This document shows positions 9,198 through 18,159 of a DNA stretch of 64,000 nucleotides, piece by piece; the stretch's first letter is position 1, and each line of letters starts with the position of its first letter. Below the pieces are notes generated by a model. That model was given only the letters and a program-made list of their open reading frames with translations, did not search any database and was not told the DNA's origin. This stretch comes from Nitrosopumilus sp. (GTDB lineage: Archaea; Thermoproteota; Nitrososphaeria; Nitrososphaerales; Nitrosopumilaceae), in assembly GCA_965219345.1 (NCBI GenBank), contig OZ244732.1:1248001-1312000 (forward strand). The letters run 5' to 3'. The position numbers were made by a program, and so were the translations under genes.

Positions 9198-10076
9198 TCA
9201 AAGAAAATTACGAAATATCTTGAGATATCTTTTCATGAACCATTGTAAAAATATAATGTCGTTGTTTTTGACACTTGATCTTTCAAGTGCAGTATAGTAT
9301 GATCTTCTATCTGTATACTCTATGTCAAACATTGGATAATCAAATCGATTTAAAACATAATTCATCATGAGTCTTGATATTCTACCGTTTCCGTCACCAA
9401 ATGGATGTATTGTCACAAATTTTAGGTGGACTAGAGCTGCTAGTTCTACAGGATTTAGTTCTTTTTTATTTTTCTTATACCAAACAAAGAAACTTTTCAG
9501 TAAAACGGGAACGGCCTCTGATTTTGGTGGGACAAATTTACTTCCACCTATGCGCACTTCAAAGTCACGTATCTGTCCTGCAATGTCTGATTTTGTTTCA
9601 CCAAAGAGTAATTTGTGCCACGACAAAATTGTTCCTAGTGACATGTCCTGTTTTTTTTGCATGATTTGCAAAAATAGTTTTTGATGTATCCTGGTTTCAA
9701 TCATATCACTTGCAGGTTTGTTTGATGGAGTTATTCCATCCATGATAAGATCAGCGGTTTCTCGTAGGGTCAAGGTAGAGCCCTCTATTTTTTGTGTATT
9801 ATAGGTGAATCGAATAGAAAACTCTTCAATTTCCTTTTTTTGTACAGACTTTGGAATTTTAGTTCTTGTTTTTTTGTAGTTCTTCTGGACTTGTTCCATC
9901 TTGGAAACCCAATCTTCCCTGTAAAATCCTAACAGAAAGTTATATTTTATTTGTTCAATGTTTTCTGGAATCTCTTTACCAATGTAAATTTCCTTTTGTC
10001 TTTTCTGGTTTCGTATTTTGTGCTGAAGGTAGTAAAATATACGGTTACCTCGCTTTCTTTTTACTATAGATACCAC
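9198..10076 (-). CDS. Fic family protein
   Basis: HPFGDGNGRISR catalytic motif; TQKIEG inhibitory (S/T)xxxE(G/N) motif. Confidence 0.95.
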   Translation of the reverse strand: MVSIVKRKRGNRIFYYLQHKIRNQKRQKEIYIGKEIPENIEQIKYNFLLGFYREDWVSKMEQVQKNYKKTRTKIPKSVQKKEIEEFSIRFTYNTQKIEGSTLTLRETADLIMDGITPSNKPASDMIETRIHQKLFLQIMQKKQDMSLGTILSWHKLLFGETKSDIAGQIRDFEVRIGGSKFVPPKSEAVPVLLKSFFVWYKKNKKELNPVELAALVHLKFVTIHPFGDGNGRISRLMMNYVLNRFDYPMFDIEYTDRRSYYTALERSSVKNNDIIFLQWFMKRYLKIFRNFL

Positions 10077-10232
10077 AAATGTATTGCCCAGTGCAAATTA
10101 ATAAATGTATTAAATATGTACTAAATGTACTGTGCAATAACAAAATAACATTTGAAAAGTTTTAAGATGGATACTTTGAATGCAATAACGTGTATTTTGT
10201 CTCTTTTTAATTGATTCATCTCTTGAATTTAC

Positions 10233-11452
10233 TTGAAAAGAATACTATTTGCAATTGCCGTAATGTGTTTGATTTCTACCTTTATCGCCCCTGTTTTTGC
10301 ATTTAACGTCTCAGAGATAAAAAGCAAATATCAGGAGAATCATGGTGGTCAGGAAAAAATCTCGCAGAAGGCGACTATTTCATTTATGAAATATGTAATT
10401 CTGAATCATTTACAAAATCAACTTTATCCGGACACTGCTGTGACATTTCACTAGAGTTTGTCTCACTGTTACGGACCAGCACTGGTGGCATGTGGATAGT
10501 TCAAGCACAAATTGTTACAGAAGTGGGAGAAAAAAATATGCCATATTTCAAATTGACGAGACAACATTTGACGTCACCACTTATGACAGAACCGCGATAG
10601 AGTATGCCGATTCAGTTCATGATGCAATATTTTACATGAAGGATTTTGCTAATTCTCAAACAAAAAAAAACACCTAAAAATTGGCAACAGTTGGGGAGCT
10701 ATGGAATTCTACGCTACGCCAGATCCTGAGATGACAGTCAGAGCGAAAACAACTACTACAATACTTGACGAGCAGATTTCAGTATATGATATAGGATTTG
10801 TCATACTTGAACAAACATCAGTTCTAATTTCAAAAGACATTCCTTTTCCACTAGGTGCAACAGTCTATGACTCTCACAGAATAATTCCTACCACACCAGG
10901 CAAAACGGAGAATCAACATCCACAAGACCATATGTGTCAGTTCCAACGGACATAACATATGCTGCATTAATTGAAAATATCGATACACCAACTGTTGTAA
11001 ACATTCCGGACTTTGCAGGAAAATACCAATACAATGGAGGAAAGCTCACCGATGTTTCATCATTGCTTCCAAACGAGATAGGTTTTGCAGATGAGATAAC
11101 AATGTCAGGCGATGCCGATGCATCTATTGCAGACGGCATCTCCATTACTGGCAGCAGTGGCAGGATAATCATAGAGCTAAATGACTATGCAGACCAAACC
11201 ATGCTTTTAGAGTCTGTAGTGCTTCTAGGTTCCCAATTTGAGGTTGTAGAATCACCTTATGACTTGATTTCTTTGCCATATGTAAATTCAAAGGGTTATC
11301 TGCTTTATTTCTGTAATTGTAATCCTGCTACTCTTGATTTCTATGTATCCACATCATCTATTTTTGCCAAAAATGGGGTTGATTCTATATGTATAAAACC
11401 AAATTTACATTTAACCTCAAATTACAAGTTTGAGTTTCTCTATCATGTCTAA
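10233..11452 (+). pseudogene. Fragmented relic cluster, including a homolog of the N-terminus of the 740-aa protein
   Basis: 10934-11452 (PNEIGFAD...VVESPYDLI...CNCNPAT) aligns with PNILGYTD...LVESPYNLI...CTCNPAT of 25919-28141; upstream ORFs are short and frameshifted. Confidence 0.7.
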
Positions 11453-11597
11453 GGCATAAAATAAAAAATCATAATGTCTGAATTTTATTAAAGTATGATT
11501 CACAAAAATATCCGAGTGACATTAAACAAAGTTGGGAGAATAATCCTAAAAGTATTACATATCATAATTTCTTTAAATCTAAACTTTTTTATTATTT

Positions 11598-12485
11598 ATG
11601 ATATGTATTATATTCATGGTAAGTATAGTAAAAGAAAGAGGGTTTTACTATCTAAAACATCACATACAGGCAAAAGAAAAGAGAAAGTATTTGGGCAAGG
11701 CAATCCCAAAAAACATAGAATCTCTCAAAAAGGAGTTTCTAAAACAATTTTACTGTGAGGACTGGGATGAAAGGATACAGTCAATTGGCAAAAAATACCA
11801 AAAAGAGCTAAAAAAAATACCAAAGTCAATTCAACTGAAAAATTTTGAGAGTTTTGGAATTGCATTTACTTACAATACCCAGAAAATTGAAGGTTCCAGC
11901 CTCACAAAAATAGATACCAAAGACCTGCTTGTATTTGGAGTGACTCCCGCAAAGAAATCACAGATTGATACCATAGAGACAAAAAAGCACTATGAATTAT
12001 TCATGAAACTAGTAACATCAAAAAAAATACCAAAGCTTACAAAAAAAACGATACTTCAATGGCACAGGGAGATTTTTGATCAAACAAAAATAGGAGAGGC
12101 AGGAAGCATCAGATCATACGGGGTGGAAGTCACCACTAATGAGAAAATAGACTTTACTCCAGTTGCAGAAATTCCAAAAAAATTAACAGAATTTTTTGAC
12201 TGGCTTTACAAATATGATGGAGAGAAAAATACTGCAGAGTTTGCATGTATGGCACACTACAAGTTTGTATCAATACACCCGTTTGGAGATGGAAATGGCA
12301 GAATTTCACGACTCATCATGAACTATATTTTGCTGAAATACAATTATCCATTATTGATGATAAAAAGTACAGACCGAAGGCCTTATTTCAAGTCATTAGA
12401 GAAATCTCAATTAAACCATGATGAGATTCATTTTCTGAAGTGGTTTATGAAGTATTACATCAAAGAAAATAAGCAATATTTGTAA
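11598..12485 (+). CDS. Fic family protein (likely start ATG 11616, MVSIVK)
   Basis: HPFGDGNGRISR and TQKIEG motifs; paralog of 9198-10076. Confidence 0.95.
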   Translation: MICIIFMVSIVKERGFYYLKHHIQAKEKRKYLGKAIPKNIESLKKEFLKQFYCEDWDERIQSIGKKYQKELKKIPKSIQLKNFESFGIAFTYNTQKIEGSSLTKIDTKDLLVFGVTPAKKSQIDTIETKKHYELFMKLVTSKKIPKLTKKTILQWHREIFDQTKIGEAGSIRSYGVEVTTNEKIDFTPVAEIPKKLTEFFDWLYKYDGEKNTAEFACMAHYKFVSIHPFGDGNGRISRLIMNYILLKYNYPLLMIKSTDRRPYFKSLEKSQLNHDEIHFLKWFMKYYIKENKQYL

Positions 12486-12717
12486 GAACCCTTTTGTGAA
12501 TTATATCATATTCAAAAAAAAAAAAAAATAATTCATTACTAATTCTTTAGACATTCTAAAATCCACGCTCTTATGCAAATTAGTATCTGTAATGCATGAT
12601 ACTAGACTCTTATATTCTCAAAGATGAACTTGGAAAACTATACTGACGAGCAAAAGTTCATGAGATCAAACATGTTAGACGGCAACACATTTTGATCACG
12701 TCCCACTACGCATTACA

Positions 12718-13344
12718 ATGCCCGCAGTAAAATCCGAAGACCTGAAGAAGGCGTACAAGAAGGAAAGGGATCCCAGGGTCAAGATCAGGATGGCCGCAGT
12801 AAACATGGTGTGCATGAACAATGAGAGCATCCAGCATGCGGCAGACTCGCTCATGCAGTGTCCCAACTGGGTCTCCTTCTGGGTGGAACGCTTCCGGGAG
12901 GGCGGCATCGACACCCTCCGGGATCTTCCCAAGAGCGGCAGGCCACCGAAGGTCAGGCCCGAAGACATTGAAGAGACAATGTCCGGGGCAGGCAGCATCA
13001 TTACTCCCCCGCAGCTGAGGGAACGTGTCCGCAAGATGCACGGCATAACATACCACATTACAAGCGCCAGAGGATAATGCGCAGGCTGGGCATGTCTGCC
13101 AAGACGGCAAGACAGGTCCACAAAACAGGGCAGGGACAGACGAAATCAGAAGGTGGCAGCACAACGCAAAGAGGCGCGCATATCGCGCCTGGAATCGAGG
13201 GGTTTTGTCGTCGTAGTCTTTGACGAGTCCATATTCATAGACGACCCGGCATCGGGAACAAAGTACTGGTCCCCGAAGGCCAGCCCATAGTCACCACATA
13301 CAAGGGCAGACACGGCAGGGTCGTGGCGTACGGTTCCATCGCGA
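12718..13344 (+). pseudogene. IS630-family transposase, frameshifted and truncated by IS5
   Basis: HTH region W..RF..GG...L.D.P.SGRP; later frame FDESIF (first catalytic Asp); GC-rich. Confidence 0.85.
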
Positions 13345-14358
13345 CTTGCTTTGTTTCCCAACACCAACTAATCATTAACACCATCTAACCATTTGAAACA
13401 ATTTTGATTTTTCTACTGTATTACAATCATCTTGTTGTACAGACAGACCTTCATTTTCAACTCATGAATCATGTTTTCTCTCCTGTGCGATGTGACATGC
13501 TCTCCAAACATTCTTTTGAATGCAGAAAACACTCCTTCTACGATCCACCTATCGCCATAGCTTACGCTGTTCTTCCACAAATCATAATTGAAAATTTGGG
13601 CCAGTACTGCCTTTCTTCTTGGATAGCAATCAGTAGTAACTGATGAGTTCTTTCTTGTCTTGATTCCTGGAATTATGTTACCATGGTACAAATATGAAAA
13701 ATTATCTTTTGTGTCATATGCACCATCAGCTAGTGTCTTAGTCACATTTCCAAATTGCTTTGACTGCTCAACTAGTGATACAAAAGATTTGGAATCATGG
13801 GAATGATCATCTGTAATTTCCAAACCTGTAATCTGTTTTGATTTTACATCTGCTGCCACATGAATCTTGAGAAATCCTCTTCTTTTCTGCCATTTCTGTC
13901 TCATCCACTCACCCCTGTCTGCAACCTTGATTCCTGAACTATCTATTGCAATGACAATGTCTTTTCCCAGCTTTGGGCTCATCTTGATGTCAAGCTTGTT
14001 TACTCTTTTCCAGATGGCAGAATATGTTGGTGTTTCTGTCTTGGATTTGAGATGTGATTTTATCAGACCTTCAGTTTGTCTATATGGAAGATGCAGATAT
14101 GCATGGCAGTATCCCAGTGCTTCCATGAATGATTCAGGATAAACATACTGGTGTCCTTCTTTTCCACGGTTCATTTCTTTGAGTTCTTTTGTCCATGAGT
14201 CTATTGCGTCAAAAGACAGCATGATTTCACCTCTTCTTACTAGTGTTTGGTTGTATTTTTTCCAGTTTCTACTCATGGAATGATACAAAATGTTCTGATC
14301 CAAACCTTGAGTGATGAAATTAATCAGATAAACTAGTCAGGTTAGGAAACACAGCAAG
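13345..14358 (-). mobile_element. IS5-family insertion sequence
   Basis: 18-bp imperfect TIRs cttgctttgtttcccaac / gttaggaaacacagcaag (16/18); no target duplication. Confidence 0.85.
13413..14303 (-). CDS. IS5-family DDE transposase
   Basis: YNQTLVRRG, IAIDSSG, LADGAYD and RWIVEGVFS motifs. Confidence 0.92.
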   Translation of the reverse strand: MDQNILYHSMSRNWKKYNQTLVRRGEIMLSFDAIDSWTKELKEMNRGKEGHQYVYPESFMEALGYCHAYLHLPYRQTEGLIKSHLKSKTETPTYSAIWKRVNKLDIKMSPKLGKDIVIAIDSSGIKVADRGEWMRQKWQKRRGFLKIHVAADVKSKQITGLEITDDHSHDSKSFVSLVEQSKQFGNVTKTLADGAYDTKDNFSYLYHGNIIPGIKTRKNSSVTTDCYPRRKAVLAQIFNYDLWKNSVSYGDRWIVEGVFSAFKRMFGEHVTSHRRENMIHELKMKVCLYNKMIVIQ

Positions 14359-14438
14359 CAAAGTGGTTTTGTTATTTTTGAAAGTACTGTAACTAGATTA
14401 TTTTTTGAGATGTCAGTCTCATAATTTTCGTAAAGCAT
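14359..14438 (-). pseudogene. Truncated partner gene (possible AbiEii-like nucleotidyltransferase) cut by IS5
   Basis: MLYENYETDISKNNLVTVLSKITKPL overlaps the end of the upstream gene and ends at the IS5 TIR. Confidence 0.45.
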
Positions 14439-15024
14439 CTTTCTCCATCTTTTCTAGTAACATATCTCCTGCTTCAATGCATACACCTCTCTCACTATAT
14501 AAATCCAATATTATTTGAGGTATAGATACGAGCATTAAATCATCTACTTTGAATGATTTGTAAAATACATGATCATCACCAATTAAAATTCTCATATTTC
14601 CTTTACCGACCAGTCCATTTTGCACTAACGATTCATGCCAACGTAGTTTGTCTGATGCATGTATGTAAATATCAGTTCGTGATGGAAATAGATAATTTTG
14701 TATTTTGTTGTCTGCCTGGTATGTTGTCAGGGCATATTCCAGATTGGTTTTTCTTAATAATTCCAATGGTCTTTGTATCATATATTCTCGATATTCTGGA
14801 ATTGGTTGCCATTGTTTCCACCACATCATTAACGATTTGAAATTCCTTACTCTAGTTTTTTGGATTATTCCTTGTTTTTCTAGTTTTTCTAATAATTTGT
14901 GAATCCACGGATATCCACTATCTGCCAGCTTTGATATTCGATATTTTGTCAATGTTCCATTGGGCTCATTAAATAGTATTCTGGCTACTCTACCCTTGAT
15001 ATTAGTTCGCGTTTCCTTTTTCAT
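14419..15024 (-). CDS. AbiEi-like (type IV TA) antitoxin or wHTH regulator
   Basis: N-terminal wHTH; YALT...DIYI...VSIPQIILDLY pattern. Confidence 0.6.
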   Translation of the reverse strand: MKKETRTNIKGRVARILFNEPNGTLTKYRISKLADSGYPWIHKLLEKLEKQGIIQKTRVRNFKSLMMWWKQWQPIPEYREYMIQRPLELLRKTNLEYALTTYQADNKIQNYLFPSRTDIYIHASDKLRWHESLVQNGLVGKGNMRILIGDDHVFYKSFKVDDLMLVSIPQIILDLYSERGVCIEAGDMLLEKMEKDALRKL

Positions 15025-15050
15025 TCTATTACTTTATTTTTACTAACCGT

Positions 15051-15118
15051 TTCTAATAAATTTATATCGTTTTATTTTAAATAATAGTTCTAATAGATAT
15101 ATATTGTTTTATTTTAAA
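15051..15118. repeat. 31-bp imperfect tandem repeat (37-bp period) in the promoter of the AbiEi-like gene
   Basis: ttctaataaatttatatcgttttattttaaa vs ttctaatagatatatattgttttattttaaa (28/31). Confidence 0.6.
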
Positions 15119-15209
15119 AGAACATTGTAAAAACGATATTTTATACTTGAATTATGTATAGCAGATCAAAAAATGTATGTATTTTTTCTTTAAATATAGA
15201 TTAGTGTCT

Positions 15210-16150
15210 TAAAAGTTAACACTTTTTCACGATCTCTTATTTTACCGTTCAGTCTTTCTATTTTGTTATTGTTCTTGTCACCTTTCAAGTGAATGTGTCT
15301 AACGTGGTTTGTATCATTGCCAAACACTTTCTTACTTGATTTCATGTACGCTGGCAATCAATCTTTTATGAAATTTCTAGGATTCTTGCCAGCTTGCTCT
15401 TTAGTCATGGTCAATAGATTGTCTGCATTATGATGAAATTTGTTGTCTGCAGCATCAGAAGCCAACCAAAATCTAGAATCATCATCCATTGAGGCAAAGA
15501 GATAACACATTGTTTGCCGTTGATTTTTACCCATGCCTCGTCTGCCCTGAACCAGTTACCAACTCTAGGCACAATGTCATTAAGATACCTTGATGTCATT
15601 TTGGAATATTTTTCAATCCAGTTGTAAATACTGCAATAACTTACCTCAATCTCTTCTTTGCTCAAAACAGTCTGCAATGTCTCTAACTGACATTTCAGTA
15701 TAATACATCTGCAAGGCCCTAGTAATGATAACATCCTTTGATCTCATTTTTTCAAATCCGAAATTGGCAGTAAATCGCTTCTTGCAGTCAAGACATTTGT
15801 AACTCTGCTTATTACCTTATTTGGATTTTCTCATACCTCATTTTTTGATACTGCCTGAATCACAATACTTGCATAATGATAACTTGTTTCGTTCCATGAT
15901 TCTGAATGTATTGTTACGATAGCACTTGTTTTTTCGGATTATCTCCAACACGATTTTGATGTGCTTGCAATCATCTTTTCTAACCTGATGATCTTTACAT
16001 TCACAGATTAATCCATCTCCAATCTTTGACACAACGTAAAAATTTTCAGGATTGGCCTGTGATCTTACTTAACTTGTCATGGTCAAATTGAGAACAGTAT
16101 CCTTTTGACTCCATTATTTGTTTGGCTCACTGTGTTCGTGAATTCATGCA
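15210..16150 (-). pseudogene. IS6-family transposase with SWIM and Zn-ribbon N-terminus, multiply frameshifted
   Basis: CECKDH...CKHI (SWIM), CKYCDS...YKCLDCKKRF, WFRADE, NNKIERLNGKIRDREKV; boundaries approximate. Confidence 0.85.
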
Positions 16151-16493
16151 TGATTCACCTCGAAAATTAATATAGAATTAAAATAATTTGTAATGCGGAG
16201 GGAAAAAGAAGGCTCAGTTGTCACGGCTGTTTGTTTCTTTTTTTCTTCTTGTAGTTTTGATTGTTTTTGTAGTCATTGCTAGCACAGCAAAAGATTTGAT
16301 ACAAGCATCATGATCACAGCGTGTCACAGCGTGCCACAACTGTTGAATCCTGCATCGTTCTTGGTTCGTGTTGAATTAAGAATTTGGTGTTTATTTCCGG
16401 CTAGATAATGCATTTGATGAGGCCAACGCCAACTAGCCTCACGGTGGATTAGTCAGTGTTGAAGAATAAAGTAGAAAGTCGACACGGAAATTT

Positions 16494-16703
16494 TCATGGA
16501 GTGTTGTTTACATCGCCTTTTTGTATCGACTGCCTCCTGAGCTCGGCGGCAACAGCCTTTTGCACCTCCGGCGGCAGATCCCCGTGATGAAGCAGCGACA
16601 CTCGCAGGCCCATTATCACGTCGTGTACGCTCAAAAAGTCGTTGTCCATATGCGGTGCAAACGTGTTCTTGAACGTCTGATTAGATGAATCTTGGAGGGT
16701 CAT
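16494..16703 (-). CDS. Hypothetical protein
   Basis: Overlaps the end of the upstream ORF; last of three coupled ORFs. Confidence 0.4.
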   Translation of the reverse strand: MTLQDSSNQTFKNTFAPHMDNDFLSVHDVIMGLRVSLLHHGDLPPEVQKAVAAELRRQSIQKGDVNNTP

Positions 16704-17133
16704 TCTTTTTCAACACCACTATAGATAGTTGTCCATACCTTCGTTTATACTTTAATGCCTTCTCACGCTCGATCCCGGAGATTGCTATGGTGACATCTCT
16801 GTATGTGATCCCGTTAATGTCAGTCCATTGGCCCAGCATTACGCCTGCTCCCTGTTTGCGAAACCTGACATACTCATTTCTAGTGTGCTCATCAAAGTTC
16901 TTCTTGTTGTTGGTGACAGAGATAAGGTAGACTGGCTGTCCACCATCTGTAAGTCTTTCAAAAAGTGTGTCCCTTTCGTCTGGCTTTGCCAGATCTATGC
17001 AGGATCCAATGCTCGGATGATATGTTACGGATTTTGAACCGTGCTGCCGGATTGACTTTACTCCAGCATCGTATTCCCTGCCGTATTCGTGAGGATCGTG
17101 TTGTTGCTTGCGATCCAAACCTGGCCCACTCAC
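16681..17133 (-). CDS. Hypothetical protein (150 aa)
   Basis: Intact ORF; GTGA overlap with upstream gene. Confidence 0.65.
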   Translation of the reverse strand: MSGPGLDRKQQHDPHEYGREYDAGVKSIRQHGSKSVTYHPSIGSCIDLAKPDERDTLFERLTDGGQPVYLISVTNNKKNFDEHTRNEYVRFRKQGAGVMLGQWTDINGITYRDVTIAISGIEREKALKYKRRYGQLSIVVLKKNDPPRFI

Positions 17134-17297
17134 GCTACAATCTTTGCAAGCTTTTTGAGTTCTTCTTTGGTCAATGTCAGCCTAAACAGCACTGCGTCTG
17201 GATTCTTTGCATTCTTGGCCTGCGGATAAAAACTAATCACAAACTTGGAGCCGTCCTTTTTTATCTCGTATGGCCTTCCGCCGATGGTATCTCGCAT
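17130..17297 (-). CDS. Small basic protein (55 aa), missing from ORF track
   Basis: MRDTIGGRPYEIKKDGSKFVISFYPQAKNAKNPDAVLFRLTLTKEELKKLAKIVA. Confidence 0.65.
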   Translation of the reverse strand: MRDTIGGRPYEIKKDGSKFVISFYPQAKNAKNPDAVLFRLTLTKEELKKLAKIVA

Positions 17298-17351
17298 GAT
17301 GATATGAAACAGACGAGATTTATAGAGTTATTGTATTATCTAAAATTTTAG

Positions 17352-18108
17352 TCAGATCTCCATTACTGTCACTGTATCGTTTTGATGTATGGCATAATGG
17401 TGTAATGCGGTATCAAGACAGATGTGGTATTTGTTTTGCTGGACATAGAGCATAGCAAATCTTACGAGAGTAACAGGTATCAAGACAGATGTGGTATTTG
17501 TTTTGCCGTACCTCTGGTGCTCTGGTATGGCCAAATATCTGCCTGATTGCTGGAATGTCTGTAAACTCGTCATAGTCACACCATACGATTCCGCCGTTTT
17601 TGTGCGGACCACCGCGCGATATTCCGACCTGAAAGAATTTTTGCAGACGATTCACATCATCAATATGTCTTAGACCCTCAACTGACTGTGCCATGAACTC
17701 TTTCAGACTCGTAGTTCCATATTCCTCAAAGAACTGCCTGCTTACTCCTGCATGGGTACAAAGATAGCTGCCAACATAGCAGTACGAAGTCATTTTCGTC
17801 CATGGTATGTCATACGAACCTATGATGTATCTTTTGAACTCGAAGAATCCAGAGCAGCGAAATGCAGGATTGCCAGTCATGTAGTGCAGATCATGGTTTC
17901 CAACCAAGTGAACTCTGTCTTGCTGTTCTAGTGATGTGACAAGCCATCTTGCAGTATTGTGAGTGTCCAAGGCCGTCTCGTAGAACGCATCAAAGTAATC
18001 TCCCAGAAATACAGTCTTGTCCAGGGATTCCCTTTCTATGATGGACTCTGCAGTCTGGAATTTTGTGTGGATGTCAGGTATTATGAGGGTTTTAGCGTCG
18101 TGTGCCAT
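17352..18108 (-). pseudogene. Calcineurin-like metallophosphoesterase, C-terminus frameshifted by a 67-bp duplication+insert
   Basis: DIH, GDYFD, GNHD, HAG and GHT motifs; removing one unit restores HICLDTALHHYAIHQNDTVTVMEI*. Confidence 0.88.
17409..17506. repeat. 31-bp perfect direct repeat (17409-17439, 17476-17506) flanking a 36-bp insert
   Basis: ggtatcaagacagatgtggtatttgttttgc x2; insert tggacatagagcatagcaaatcttacgagagtaaca. Confidence 0.97.
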
Positions 18109-18159
18109 ACTTGGTATGATGCATGTATGAATTTGTGTCTAGCTTTGCCATGATAAATA

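Noticed and set aside
12514-12528. A15 tract, and similar A runs near 22536, 22592 and 56998
   Set aside because: They lie in intergenic or decayed AT-rich DNA with no clear target gene, and homopolymer length is error-prone.
16314-16333. 10-bp tandem repeat tcacagcgtg x2
   Set aside because: Too short; ordinary slippage.
140-17506. Calling the repeat-insert-repeat units true CRISPR arrays
   Set aside because: Each has only two repeats, the repeats are host coding sequence and differ from each other, and no leader or cas gene is present in the window.
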